From NCBI GenBank assembly GCA_963764725.1, contig CAVXTM010000019.1, forward strand, positions 1 to 32,102: DNA of 32,102 nt. The letters run 5' to 3'. Position numbers and translations under genes: made by a program. The notes beneath the pieces were generated by a model. It had not been told where the DNA came from. It was given only the letters and a program-made list of their open reading frames with translations, and did no database searches. This document shows, one piece after another, positions 7,167-15,979 of the stretch. The stretch is from an uncultured Gammaproteobacteria bacterium (GTDB taxonomy: Bacteria > Pseudomonadota > Gammaproteobacteria > JACCXJ01). Position 1 is the first letter of the stretch; each line of letters begins with the position of its first letter.

Positions 7167-9920
7167 TTGGACGCAACAATAAACTCCAAGTCAGCAGCCG
7201 TCGCCACGGCCTGGCACGCCATCGCCGTCGACGAGGTGCTAAAGCGGCTTGCTACCAGCGCCGAGAAAGGTCTCGATGGAGGCGAAGCCTCCGCACGCCT
7301 CCAAAAATACGGTCCCAACCGCCTGCCAGAAGGCAAAAAGCGCGGGCCGTTCATGCGCTTTCTTTCTCAGCTCAACAACATCCTCGTCTACGTGCTGCTC
7401 GGCGCCGGCTTCGTGAAGCTGATGCTCGGCCTGTGGCTCGATGCCGGGATCATCTTCGGGGTTGTGCTTCTCAACGCGCTGCTCGGCTTCATCCAGGAAG
7501 GCAAGGCCGAGAAGGCGCTCGACTCGATTCGCAACATGCTCTCTGCCGAGGCCAGGACGACGCGCGGCGGCGAGACGCGCATGATCCCGGCTGAAGAGCT
7601 GGTGCCGGGGGATGTCGTGCTGCTCGAATCCGGCGACAAGGTGCCGGCTGATCTCCGCCTTGCCGACGCAAAGAACCTGCGCACCGAGGAGGCGGCGCTA
7701 ACTGGCGAGTCGGTCCCGGCCGAGAAGACCACCGATCCGGTCGCCGAGAAGTCCACCGTCGGCGACCGCGACAGCATGGCCTTCTCCGGCACCATGGTCG
7801 TGTCGGGCCGCGCGACCGGGGTGGTGGTCGCCACCGGGAGCGAGACTGAGCTCGGCCGCATCAACCAGCTGCTCGCCAGCGTCAGCGCCCTAGAGACGCC
7901 GCTCCTGCAGCAGATCAAGAAGCTCGGCTACCTGATCACCGCCGCCGTCGGCGTCGTGGGGGTTCTGGTATTCGCCTACGGCCGCTGGGTGATGGGGATG
8001 GAGTTCGTGGAGCTGTTCCAGGCGATCACCGGAATCGCAGTGTCGCTGATTCCGGAAGGCTTGCCCGCGCTGATCACGATCACCTTGGCAATCGGCGTCC
8101 AGCGTATGGCGCAGCGCAACGCGATTATCCGCCGTCTCCCTGCCGTAGAAACCCTGGGCTCAGTGTCGCGGATCTGCTCGGACAAGACCGGCACGTTGAC
8201 TTTGATGGAGATGATGGTCGTATCTGCTGCCACCGCCGAATCGGAGTACCAGATCACCGGCAACGGCTACGCACCCGACGGCGAAATCAAGCAGGACGGA
8301 AAGCCGGCGGACAACAGGGACCCCGTGCTCGGGCTGCTTGGCCGTGTGTCGATGCTCTGCAACGACGCCGAGCTGTTTCAGCAAGAAGGGGTGTGGAAGG
8401 TGGAGGGCGATCCGACGGAGGGAGCGCTTTATCCGTTTGCGACCAAGCTCGGGATGGACAGGCAAGCCGAGCAGAAGGCGTATCCTCGCATCGACGCCAT
8501 CCCGTTCGAGTCGGAGCACAAGTTCATGGCGACGCTGCACAAAAGCGCCGACGGCAAAGAGATACTGTTGGTCAAGGGCGCGCCCGAGGTCATCCTCGAG
8601 AATTGCGAGCGGCAGCAGACCCGAGACGGCAAGGGTGCACCGCTCAACCGCGAGCGATTCGCGAAGGTTTCGGACAAGCTCGCCGGTCAGGGCGAGCGTG
8701 TGCTCGGGCTCGCGTGGCTCCAGGATCCGGGTGTCAAAGCCGGGACCCTCGGTCCGGCAGATCTGCCGAAGAATCTCGTCCTCCTCGGCTTGATCGGCCT
8801 GCTCGATCCGCCGCGTAAGGAAGCGATCGAGGCGGTGAAGGAGTGCCATGGCGGCGGCATCCGGGTCACGATGATCACGGGCGATCACAAGATCACCGCC
8901 GCGGCGATCGCCAAGATGCTCGGCATCGGCGACGGCAAGACGGCAGTTGCCGGTGCGGAAATCGAAGAGATGAACGAGGCGGCGCTGCAAGAAACGGTAC
9001 GCGACGTGGACGTGTTCGCGCGCGCGAGCCCAGAGCACAAGCTCCGTCTTGTAAAGGCGATCCAGGCGAACCGGCAGATCGTGGCGATGACCGGCGACGG
9101 TGTGAACGACGCGCCGTCCTTGAAGAAAGCCGACATCGGCGTGGCGATGGGGATCAAGGGTACCGAGGTAACCAAAGAGGCGGCCGGGATGATCCTCGCC
9201 GACGACAACTTCGCCTCGATCGGCGCGGCGGTGAAGGAAGGGCGCACGGTCTACAACAACATCGAGAAAGCGATCCTGTTCCTGTTTCCGACCAACGTCG
9301 CCCAGGCGCTGGTCATCGCCGTGGCGATCTTCCTCGGCTTTACCTTGCCGATCACCGCGCCACAGGTGCTGTGGGTCAACATGGTGACCTCGGTGGCGCT
9401 TGGCCTGGTGCTTTGCTTCGAACCGCACGAGCTCGACGTGATGACCCGGCCGCCGCGGGCGGTCGACCGCCCGATCCTGACGGGCTTCGGGATCTGGCGC
9501 GTCATCTTCGTCGGCCTGGCGCTCGTAGCAGTGACGTTGTGGGCGTTCTTCTGGATGAAGTCACAGGGCGCCTCGGACGCACTCGCCCGAACAGTGGCGG
9601 TCAACATGATCACGATCGGTCAGGTGTTCTACCTCTTGAACAGCCGCTATCTGCTGGACAGCTCGCTGTCTTTCAAGGCGCATCTCGGCAACAAGTACTT
9701 GCCGCTCGGGATCGGTGCGGTCGTGATCCTGCAGCTCCTGTTCACTTACGCGCCGCCGCTCCAGGCCCTGTTCGACAACGAAGCCATCCCGCTTCACGTT
9801 TGGCCACGGCTCTTCCTCGCCGGCTTCATGTTCTTCCTCATCGTGGAGGCGGAGAAGCTGATCATCCGTTCGTCGGCCTCTTTGCGGAGTGCCGTGACCG
9901 CGGTGGAAGCGGGGGCGTAA
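7167..9920 (+). CDS. Cation-transporting P-type ATPase (type IIA-like, PacL/CtpF-like)
   Basis: TGES, IPEGL, phosphorylation site CSDKTGT, KGAPE, MITGD and TGDGVND motifs, with C-terminal TM helices (QVLWVNMVT). TTG start with GGGAG RBS. Confidence 0.95.
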   Translation: MDATINSKSAAVATAWHAIAVDEVLKRLATSAEKGLDGGEASARLQKYGPNRLPEGKKRGPFMRFLSQLNNILVYVLLGAGFVKLMLGLWLDAGIIFGVVLLNALLGFIQEGKAEKALDSIRNMLSAEARTTRGGETRMIPAEELVPGDVVLLESGDKVPADLRLADAKNLRTEEAALTGESVPAEKTTDPVAEKSTVGDRDSMAFSGTMVVSGRATGVVVATGSETELGRINQLLASVSALETPLLQQIKKLGYLITAAVGVVGVLVFAYGRWVMGMEFVELFQAITGIAVSLIPEGLPALITITLAIGVQRMAQRNAIIRRLPAVETLGSVSRICSDKTGTLTLMEMMVVSAATAESEYQITGNGYAPDGEIKQDGKPADNRDPVLGLLGRVSMLCNDAELFQQEGVWKVEGDPTEGALYPFATKLGMDRQAEQKAYPRIDAIPFESEHKFMATLHKSADGKEILLVKGAPEVILENCERQQTRDGKGAPLNRERFAKVSDKLAGQGERVLGLAWLQDPGVKAGTLGPADLPKNLVLLGLIGLLDPPRKEAIEAVKECHGGGIRVTMITGDHKITAAAIAKMLGIGDGKTAVAGAEIEEMNEAALQETVRDVDVFARASPEHKLRLVKAIQANRQIVAMTGDGVNDAPSLKKADIGVAMGIKGTEVTKEAAGMILADDNFASIGAAVKEGRTVYNNIEKAILFLFPTNVAQALVIAVAIFLGFTLPITAPQVLWVNMVTSVALGLVLCFEPHELDVMTRPPRAVDRPILTGFGIWRVIFVGLALVAVTLWAFFWMKSQGASDALARTVAVNMITIGQVFYLLNSRYLLDSSLSFKAHLGNKYLPLGIGAVVILQLLFTYAPPLQALFDNEAIPLHVWPRLFLAGFMFFLIVEAEKLIIRSSASLRSAVTAVEAGA

Positions 9921-9986
9921 GGCATGGTGAGTGAGTGAGGATACCCTTCCTGCTTACACAAAACGAAAACGCGTCCTCGACCCAGA

Positions 9987-10118
9987 GAGACAGTGTCGCA
10001 ATCCCGTTCATGGTTCGAGAGCCTCACCACGAACGGGATCGCTTGATCGAAAGTTTAGATACTTATCCGTTCACCCTGAGCTAGTCGAAGGGCTCCGAAT
10101 GAATTGCGACACTGTCTC
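9987..10118. mobile_element. 132-bp MITE-like element with REP-like internal doublet
   Basis: Perfect 16-bp terminal inverted repeats GAGACAGTGTCGCAAT (9987-10002) / ATTGCGACACTGTCTC (10103-10118), flanked on both sides by AGA. Internal units TTCGAGAGCCTCACCACGAACGG and CCGTTCACCCTGAGCTAGTCGAAGGG face each other. Confidence 0.75.
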
Positions 10119-10136
10119 AGAAAAGAGAGGAAACCA

Positions 10137-10931
10137 ATGGCAACTACCGATGAACGCTTGAAACGCAAGCAATACGAGAAGGCGCTGCGCGAGCTGCAGG
10201 TCGAACTGTGCGCCTTGCAGGACTGGGTCAAGGAACACGGTGAGCGGGTAATCGTAGTCTTCGAGGGGCGCGACGCCGCCGGCAAGGGCGGCGTGATCAA
10301 GGCGATCACCGAGCGCGTCAGCCCGCGCGTGTTCCGCGTGGTGGCGCTGCCGGCGCCGTCCGAACGCGAGAAATCCCAGCTCTACATGCAGCGCTACCTC
10401 CAGCACGCTCCCGCGGCCGGCGAAATCGTGATTTTCGACCGCAGCTGGTACAACCGGGCGGGCATCGAGTACGTGATGGGCTTCTGCTCCAAGGCGCAGC
10501 ACCGGCGATTCCTCAAGGTCTGCCCCGAGTTCGAGCTGTACGTTGTCGACGATGGCATCAAGCTGATCAAGTACTGGCTCGAAGTGAGCGAGCCGGAGCA
10601 AAAGCGCCGCTTCGAGGCCCGCATCACGGACCCGGTGCGCCAGTGGAAGTTGAGCCCCACGGACCTGTGCTCGCGAAGCAGATGGTTCGAGTACTCGCGG
10701 GCGCGCGACATCATGCTCGAGGCCACAGACACGGACTTTGCGCCCTGGCACATCGTCCCTTCAGACAACAAGCGCCGCGCGCGCCTCAACTGCATCCGTC
10801 ACCTGCTCAGCCTGATCCCCTACAAGAAACTATCGCGCAAAAAGGTGAAACTCCCCAAGCGATCGAAGAAGGACGCCTACGACGATCAGGCAACGCTCAA
10901 GGGCAGGCGGTTCATTCCCGCGAGATACTAG
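10137..10931 (+). CDS. ppk2: Polyphosphate kinase 2 (single domain, class I-like)
   Basis: Walker A FEGRDAAGKGG, Walker B IFDRSWYNR, WKLSPTD lid region, and APWHIV. GAGG RBS before ATG 10137. Confidence 0.95.
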   Translation: MATTDERLKRKQYEKALRELQVELCALQDWVKEHGERVIVVFEGRDAAGKGGVIKAITERVSPRVFRVVALPAPSEREKSQLYMQRYLQHAPAAGEIVIFDRSWYNRAGIEYVMGFCSKAQHRRFLKVCPEFELYVVDDGIKLIKYWLEVSEPEQKRRFEARITDPVRQWKLSPTDLCSRSRWFEYSRARDIMLEATDTDFAPWHIVPSDNKRRARLNCIRHLLSLIPYKKLSRKKVKLPKRSKKDAYDDQATLKGRRFIPARY

Positions 10932-11019
10932 CGAATAGCTGCCAGAAGGTCTGGGGAATTGCTGCGCTATGCGGTCGCCAAACATTCTGCTCATCGGCTG
11001 GGGATTTCTGCGGACCGCC

Positions 11020-12075
11020 ATGGTCATAAACAAACTGATTTACGCTTTGCTCTGGAGACGTATTTGGGGTCTGACCGTGATGGCCTTCGCCCTGGGCGGA
11101 ATCTCGCTTCGGGTCGAGGCAGGCGATGTCTTCACGGGAGTACGATCCAAGGGCGCGGTCCGTTGCGGCGTCAGTGAAGGGTTGATGGGATTTTCTCTAA
11201 AGGAACCGAGTGGAAGATGGAGCGGGCTGGACGCGGATTTCTGCCGTGCGGTGGCTGCGGCGGCTTTGGGGAACCCAGAGAAGGTTGTCTTCGTTCCGCT
11301 GATGACGTCTGCGAGATTTCTTGCGTTACGTACCGGTCAAATCGATCTCCTTGCCCACAATACGAGCTGGACGCTTGGGCGCGAGGTTGGGTTGGGCGTC
11401 CAGTTTGCGGGAGTCTTGTACTACGACGGTCAAGGATTCATGGTCCGGCATAAGAGCGGCATCGGTAAGATCGACCAATTAAACGGCGCGACGATCTGCG
11501 TCGAGGCGGAAACCACCAGTGAAGAGAACTTGAAAGACTATTTTCAGGCGCGCGGCTGGAAATATCAGCCCGTCCTTGTTAAATCGCCTGTCGAAGCGAT
11601 GGCTGCTTTCTCCGCAGAGCGCTGCCGGGCCTACACTTCAGACCGCGGCCAGCTTGCTTCGGCAAGAGTGACGGCACCGGCCGGGGGCGCCTACCTCATC
11701 CTGCCAGGTGAGATCTCAAAGGAGCCCCTGGGTCCTGCGGTGCTCCGTGGCGACGAGGAATGGTTCACTTTGGTCAGGTGGGTTCTCTTCGCGCTGGTCG
11801 CCGCTGAGGAGCATGGCATTACCCGCGACAACGTCCACGCGAAGCGCCAACAAAAAACGGATCCGATCCTGGAAGATTTCTTCGCGGCGAGCGGCCGCTA
11901 CAGCAAAGCCTTGGGAGTCAAACCTGACTGGGCCGCGAAAACGGTCGAGAGCGTTGGCAACTATGGCGAGATTTTCGAGCGTAACCTTGGCGCGCAAAGC
12001 GCTCTGAAGCTGGAGCGAGGGCTCAATCGTCTCTGGACCCACGGCGGTTTAATGTACGCTCCGCCGTTCCGCTAA
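11020..12075 (+). CDS. Amino-acid substrate-binding protein, AapJ/BztA family
   Basis: CGV..GL.GFS, G.D.DFCRAVAAA, YYDGQGFMV, GATICV, YTSD, ISKEPLGP.V, VGNYGEIFERNLG and C-terminal GGLMYAPPFR. The start may be 10969, 11020 or later. Confidence 0.9.
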   Translation: MVINKLIYALLWRRIWGLTVMAFALGGISLRVEAGDVFTGVRSKGAVRCGVSEGLMGFSLKEPSGRWSGLDADFCRAVAAAALGNPEKVVFVPLMTSARFLALRTGQIDLLAHNTSWTLGREVGLGVQFAGVLYYDGQGFMVRHKSGIGKIDQLNGATICVEAETTSEENLKDYFQARGWKYQPVLVKSPVEAMAAFSAERCRAYTSDRGQLASARVTAPAGGAYLILPGEISKEPLGPAVLRGDEEWFTLVRWVLFALVAAEEHGITRDNVHAKRQQKTDPILEDFFAASGRYSKALGVKPDWAAKTVESVGNYGEIFERNLGAQSALKLERGLNRLWTHGGLMYAPPFR

Positions 12076-12080
12076 TCCTC

Positions 12081-13421
12081 ATGAGCGATCTGCAAGCAAT
12101 TATCACCTTCGTTGTCTTTGGCAGTGTTCTCCTGGCGATTGTCTTCGATCTCCTCGACATGGCGCTGGCCGCGCTGCTTGGAGTTAGTACCCTGACCGCG
12201 GTTGGGGTTTTCAGCCTGCAAGATATTTTGAATGTTGTTAGAACCTTCGGCGCACCGCTGGCTCTCTTGTTCGGCGGTATGGTGGTGGCGCGGACGTTGA
12301 TGCCCACCGGTCTGTTCGACTACATCGGCAACATCTTTCTGCGCGCGACCCGGGGCAGCGGGAAACGGTTTCTCCTGGGTGTGGTTGTGCTGGTGGTCCT
12401 TTGCGCGTTTTTACCCAATGCGACCACGGTGTTACTGTTGGCGCCGATTGTCATCCGGGTCGCTTCGGCGTTGAAGGTGGATCTGGTCGCGCCGCTGGTG
12501 CTGATCGCCATCGTGAGTAACTCCGCCGGCCTGCTGATTCTTGTCGGTGATCCGGCCACCTTCTTGGTTGGCAATTCCATCGGCATGACATTCACGCAGT
12601 ATCTAAGGCAAGTAAGTCTCGGCGGCCTATTATCTTTGTTGGTGATTGTGCCACTACTGCCCTGGGTCATGCGTGATATCTGGCGGGTTCAGTGTGCTCT
12701 GACGGCGAATTTGAAGCACGAGCCGCTCAAGCATCCGTTTTTCGCCACGGCTTCATTGGTGGTTCTCGCCATAATGGTTCTGCTATTTCTTTTCGGTGAC
12801 TTCCTACCGGTACGCATTGTTCCTCCCGGCACCGCGATTATCGGTTGCTCCCTGGCATTGCTCGCAGTCTATAGCGCTAAGATCGAACCGATCGACAAAG
12901 TGCTGAGCGATATTGATTGGAAGACGCTGGTTTTTCTCGCCTGTATGTTCTGCCTGGTGGAGGCGTTGACCAAGACCGGGGTTCTTCATGGTTTGTCTCA
13001 GGGACTGTATGCCAAGTTTGGCGTGGACGTGCTGACCGTCGCCCTCGTAATGCTTGCCAGCGGTGGACTGGTGGGAAGTGTCGTGGCCAATATTCCCGTG
13101 GTCGCGGCGATGGTCCTGATCGTCAAGGGCTATTTTGTGATCGCGCGGCTGGTGCCGGAAGAGGCCTTGGGGGCCACTTTTTTGGAATGGCCGGTAACCA
13201 CCCTACCCGTTTTTGTCGCAATGATGTTCGGAGGAACTCTAGGCGGTAACGGGACACTCATCGGTGCTTCAGCCAATATCGTCTGCGCCGGCATCGCCGC
13301 TAGGCACGGCAAACCATTGACGTTCGTAACGTTCATGCGCTACGGGATACCGATCATGCTTTTCCAGCTGGCCGTGTCGGCACTTTATGTGTGGGGGCTT
13401 TACTATCTGATAGGTCGGTGA
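12081..13421 (+). CDS. ArsB/NhaD/SLC13 (ion transporter superfamily) permease
   Basis: 446 aa with about 11-12 TM helices; AFLPNATTVLL, LILVGDPATFLV, IDWKTLVF, ANIPVV and GGTLGGNGTLIGASANIV. Confidence 0.85.
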   Translation: MSDLQAIITFVVFGSVLLAIVFDLLDMALAALLGVSTLTAVGVFSLQDILNVVRTFGAPLALLFGGMVVARTLMPTGLFDYIGNIFLRATRGSGKRFLLGVVVLVVLCAFLPNATTVLLLAPIVIRVASALKVDLVAPLVLIAIVSNSAGLLILVGDPATFLVGNSIGMTFTQYLRQVSLGGLLSLLVIVPLLPWVMRDIWRVQCALTANLKHEPLKHPFFATASLVVLAIMVLLFLFGDFLPVRIVPPGTAIIGCSLALLAVYSAKIEPIDKVLSDIDWKTLVFLACMFCLVEALTKTGVLHGLSQGLYAKFGVDVLTVALVMLASGGLVGSVVANIPVVAAMVLIVKGYFVIARLVPEEALGATFLEWPVTTLPVFVAMMFGGTLGGNGTLIGASANIVCAGIAARHGKPLTFVTFMRYGIPIMLFQLAVSALYVWGLYYLIGR

Positions 13422-13462
13422 CCGATTTGCAGCGGACGGCACACGAGCCCCGAGCATAAAGA

Positions 13463-13591
13463 AGACTGTGTGAAAAGGATCTAGGAGTGCTTCGACAAAG
13501 CTCAGCACGAACGCTCATGAACGTCATTTCAGTTGGTTCACGGTTCGCCCTGAGGCCCTCGAAGGACTCCTGTCGAGTTCTCACACAGTCT
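13463..13591. mobile_element. 129-bp MITE-like element with REP-like internal doublet (relative of 9987-10118)
   Basis: Terminal inverted repeats AGACTGTGTGAAAA / TTCTCACACAGTCT (11 bp perfect, 13 of 14). Internal TTCGACAAAGCTCAGCACGAACG and GTTCGCCCTGAGGCCCTCGAAGGACTCC are collinear with the first copy. Confidence 0.7.
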
Positions 13592-13675
13592 GTCGATCCG
13601 GGCGAACAGACAGACCATGGCGACAAGTAAACGATGCACCGGCGGCTAGGTTGTGAACGCCGGTAAACTCAGTCC

Positions 13676-14321
13676 ATGAATGGTTCTGCCACTGTAACGC
13701 TCCTGGGTGGACTGGGCTTGTTCCTGCTCGGTATCCACCACCTCACCGAAGGTCTCAAGGAGTCTCGCGGGCGACTCACTGCGTCGGGCGCTCCAGAGGC
13801 TCGTGTCCGGCCGATTCAGCGCGGTTGTATCCGGCGCGTTCTTTACGGCGGTGATTCAATCCTCCACCGCGGCCATCCTCACCGTCATCGGCTTCGTCAA
13901 CGCGGGACTGGTCACCTTCTCGCAAGCAGTCGGGATGATCATCGGTGCGACGCTCGGAACGACCTCGACGATCTGGCTGGTGGCGATCTTCGGTCTGCGT
14001 TTCAGGATTTCTGCCGCCGCCCTACCCGAGCCCCCGGCCGGTTTCGAAGCGGGCGCTCAGGCGTTGGCTAGGTGGTTGGACACCACAAAGGATCCTCAGG
14101 CGGCACCTGACCCGGCCATCTTCAAGGCAGTCGAAGATGCCTCGAAACAGCTCAGTGCCGAACGCAAGGCCAACCGCGAGAAGATGCTGGACGATGTCGC
14201 CCTGCAACGCATGCCTACGGCGACGGCCCGCGCCGCTCTTGAGATCCTCGTGTGGGCCGATCTTGCCCTCTACCACTCATGGCGCCTGGCGGAATCACTG
14301 CGAATCGCCTCTGGCAGATAG
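13676..14321 (+). pseudogene. Na/Pi cotransporter (PNaS, NptA/YjbB-like) remnant with frameshift and large internal deletion
   Basis: LLGGLGLFLLG..LTEGLK continues after a +1 shift at about 13760 into SLAGDSLR..TAVIQSSTA..IGFVNAG..IIGATLGTT. After ISAAALP (about 14027) it jumps to a soluble C-terminal segment. About 214 aa when corrected, versus over 500 aa for typical members. Confidence 0.8.
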
Positions 14322-14514
14322 CTCTAAAGAGCCGACGTGTACGAGGACCTATTGAATGTCCTGCACAGGCTTGTCGTCCGCCTTGTCGTCATGTATGTAT
14401 TAATTCGCTTGATGCGAAGGACGCTTCCCCTTTGATCCCCAACAAATACGAGAAAGTGCACGCGACCCGGTTGCGCGGCGAGACCAAATGTAGTTTGTGG
14501 AGGCTCGGGAACAC

Positions 14515-15867
14515 ATGAGCGCCCAGTCGCGAGAGGTCCTGGTGATCGGCGCTGGCATCGCCGGGTTGACCGCGGCACGGGACCTCGCCGTCGACGGGTA
14601 TGACGTCGCGATCCTCGAGGCGCGTGAGCGCATCGGTGGGCGCATCTGGACCTCGCACGAACTCGGCCTGCCTGCCGACCTGGGGGCATCGTGGATTCAT
14701 GGCTTCGAAGACAATCCGATCGCGCGGCTCGCCCGGCGGCACGCCATCGAGATCGTCCGCACCAACATCTCCAGTGTGACCCCGGCACGCTACCGCTCGA
14801 TGGCCCTCTACGACGAGGACGGCCACCGGCTCAGCAGCGGCGAGACCGCCGAGATGTCCGAGATGATGGCGGACTATCTCGACTTCGTAGCTGCCAAACA
14901 GAAGGAAGGCCACGAAAAGTCAATGCTGGCGGTCGAAGAGAGCTTCGCCGCGAGCCAGGGCTACGACCCCGATCAGCGCCGCCGCCTGACTTTCATCGCC
15001 CGAACCTATCTCGAGCACGAATGGGCGGGCCCGCGCTCCGACGTTTCCCTCCTCGAGTACGACAAGAGTCTCGGCTTCGCGGGACACGACCGGGTGTTCC
15101 CTGAGGGCTACGCCCAGATCACTGACCGGTTGGCCGAGGGTACCAAGATCCTCCTCGGCCACGAGGTCACGCAAATCGACTATTCGGGCGCACGGGTGGA
15201 CGTGCTCACCAACCGCGGCAGCTTCCAGGCCAGTCACGTGCTCGTCACCGTGCCGCTCGGAGTGCTGCAAGCAGGACGAATCGCCTTCCATCCGCGCCTA
15301 ACGAAGACCAAGCGCGATGCCATTCGCAAAACGCGCATGGGTGTCTTCAACAAGATCTTCCTCAAGTTCGACTCGGTTTTCTGGGACCAGGAGGACGAGT
15401 TGATCGGCTACATAGGAAGCCAGGACGAAGACTGGCCCGAGATCGTCAACTTCCATAAGATTGCCGGCCTTCCGGTGCTGCTCGCCTTCAGCGCGGGAAC
15501 GGCCGGCGAGAAAAACGAGCTTCGGGGCAATCCCGAGCTGGTGGCTTGCCTGATGGACTGCCTCCGCAAGATGTATGGAGAGAGCATCCCGGAGCCGGTG
15601 GGCCATCTCGTCACGCGCTGGAATCAGGACCCCTTCAGCCTCGGCTCCTACTCCTACGTGCCTGTCGGCTCCAAGCAGAGCTTGCGCCGGCAGATCGCGA
15701 TGCCCATCGAGAACCGGGTCTTCTTCGCAGGCGAAGCCACCTCGCAATTCTTTCCGTCCACTGTTCACGGCGCGTTCCTCTCCGGCCGCCGCGCCGCCTA
15801 CGAAATCATGCTCGCCAACGCCAGGGTAGACCTGACGAAAGACGGCCAGGGAGCAGTCGACACCTAG
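14515..15867 (+). CDS. Flavin-containing amine oxidase family protein (monoamine/polyamine oxidase-like)
   Basis: VIGAGIAGLTAA, EARERIGGR, DLGASWIHG, VTVPLGVL, RW..DPFS.GSYSY and FAGEAT..TVHGAFLSG. Confidence 0.9.
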   Translation: MSAQSREVLVIGAGIAGLTAARDLAVDGYDVAILEARERIGGRIWTSHELGLPADLGASWIHGFEDNPIARLARRHAIEIVRTNISSVTPARYRSMALYDEDGHRLSSGETAEMSEMMADYLDFVAAKQKEGHEKSMLAVEESFAASQGYDPDQRRRLTFIARTYLEHEWAGPRSDVSLLEYDKSLGFAGHDRVFPEGYAQITDRLAEGTKILLGHEVTQIDYSGARVDVLTNRGSFQASHVLVTVPLGVLQAGRIAFHPRLTKTKRDAIRKTRMGVFNKIFLKFDSVFWDQEDELIGYIGSQDEDWPEIVNFHKIAGLPVLLAFSAGTAGEKNELRGNPELVACLMDCLRKMYGESIPEPVGHLVTRWNQDPFSLGSYSYVPVGSKQSLRRQIAMPIENRVFFAGEATSQFFPSTVHGAFLSGRRAAYEIMLANARVDLTKDGQGAVDT

Positions 15868-15979
15868 GTCTGAATGCCCGCGCCTCAAAGCTCAAAACGG
15901 GTCAAGCTCACACTCGCGGACCAATTGCTTTTGCCATGCGCATCAGTCGATAGGAAGTCCACCAGCGGTGCAGCTATCA

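Noticed and set aside
8160-9428. 422-aa antisense ORF and 363-aa off-frame ORF (8843-9934) over the P-type ATPase
   Set aside because: Shadow ORFs expected from high GC3 codon bias in a well-supported gene.
9931-10161. 76-aa ORF between the ATPase and ppk2, and the 10104 start extension of ppk2
   Set aside because: Both read through the MITE; ATG 10137 has a proper RBS.
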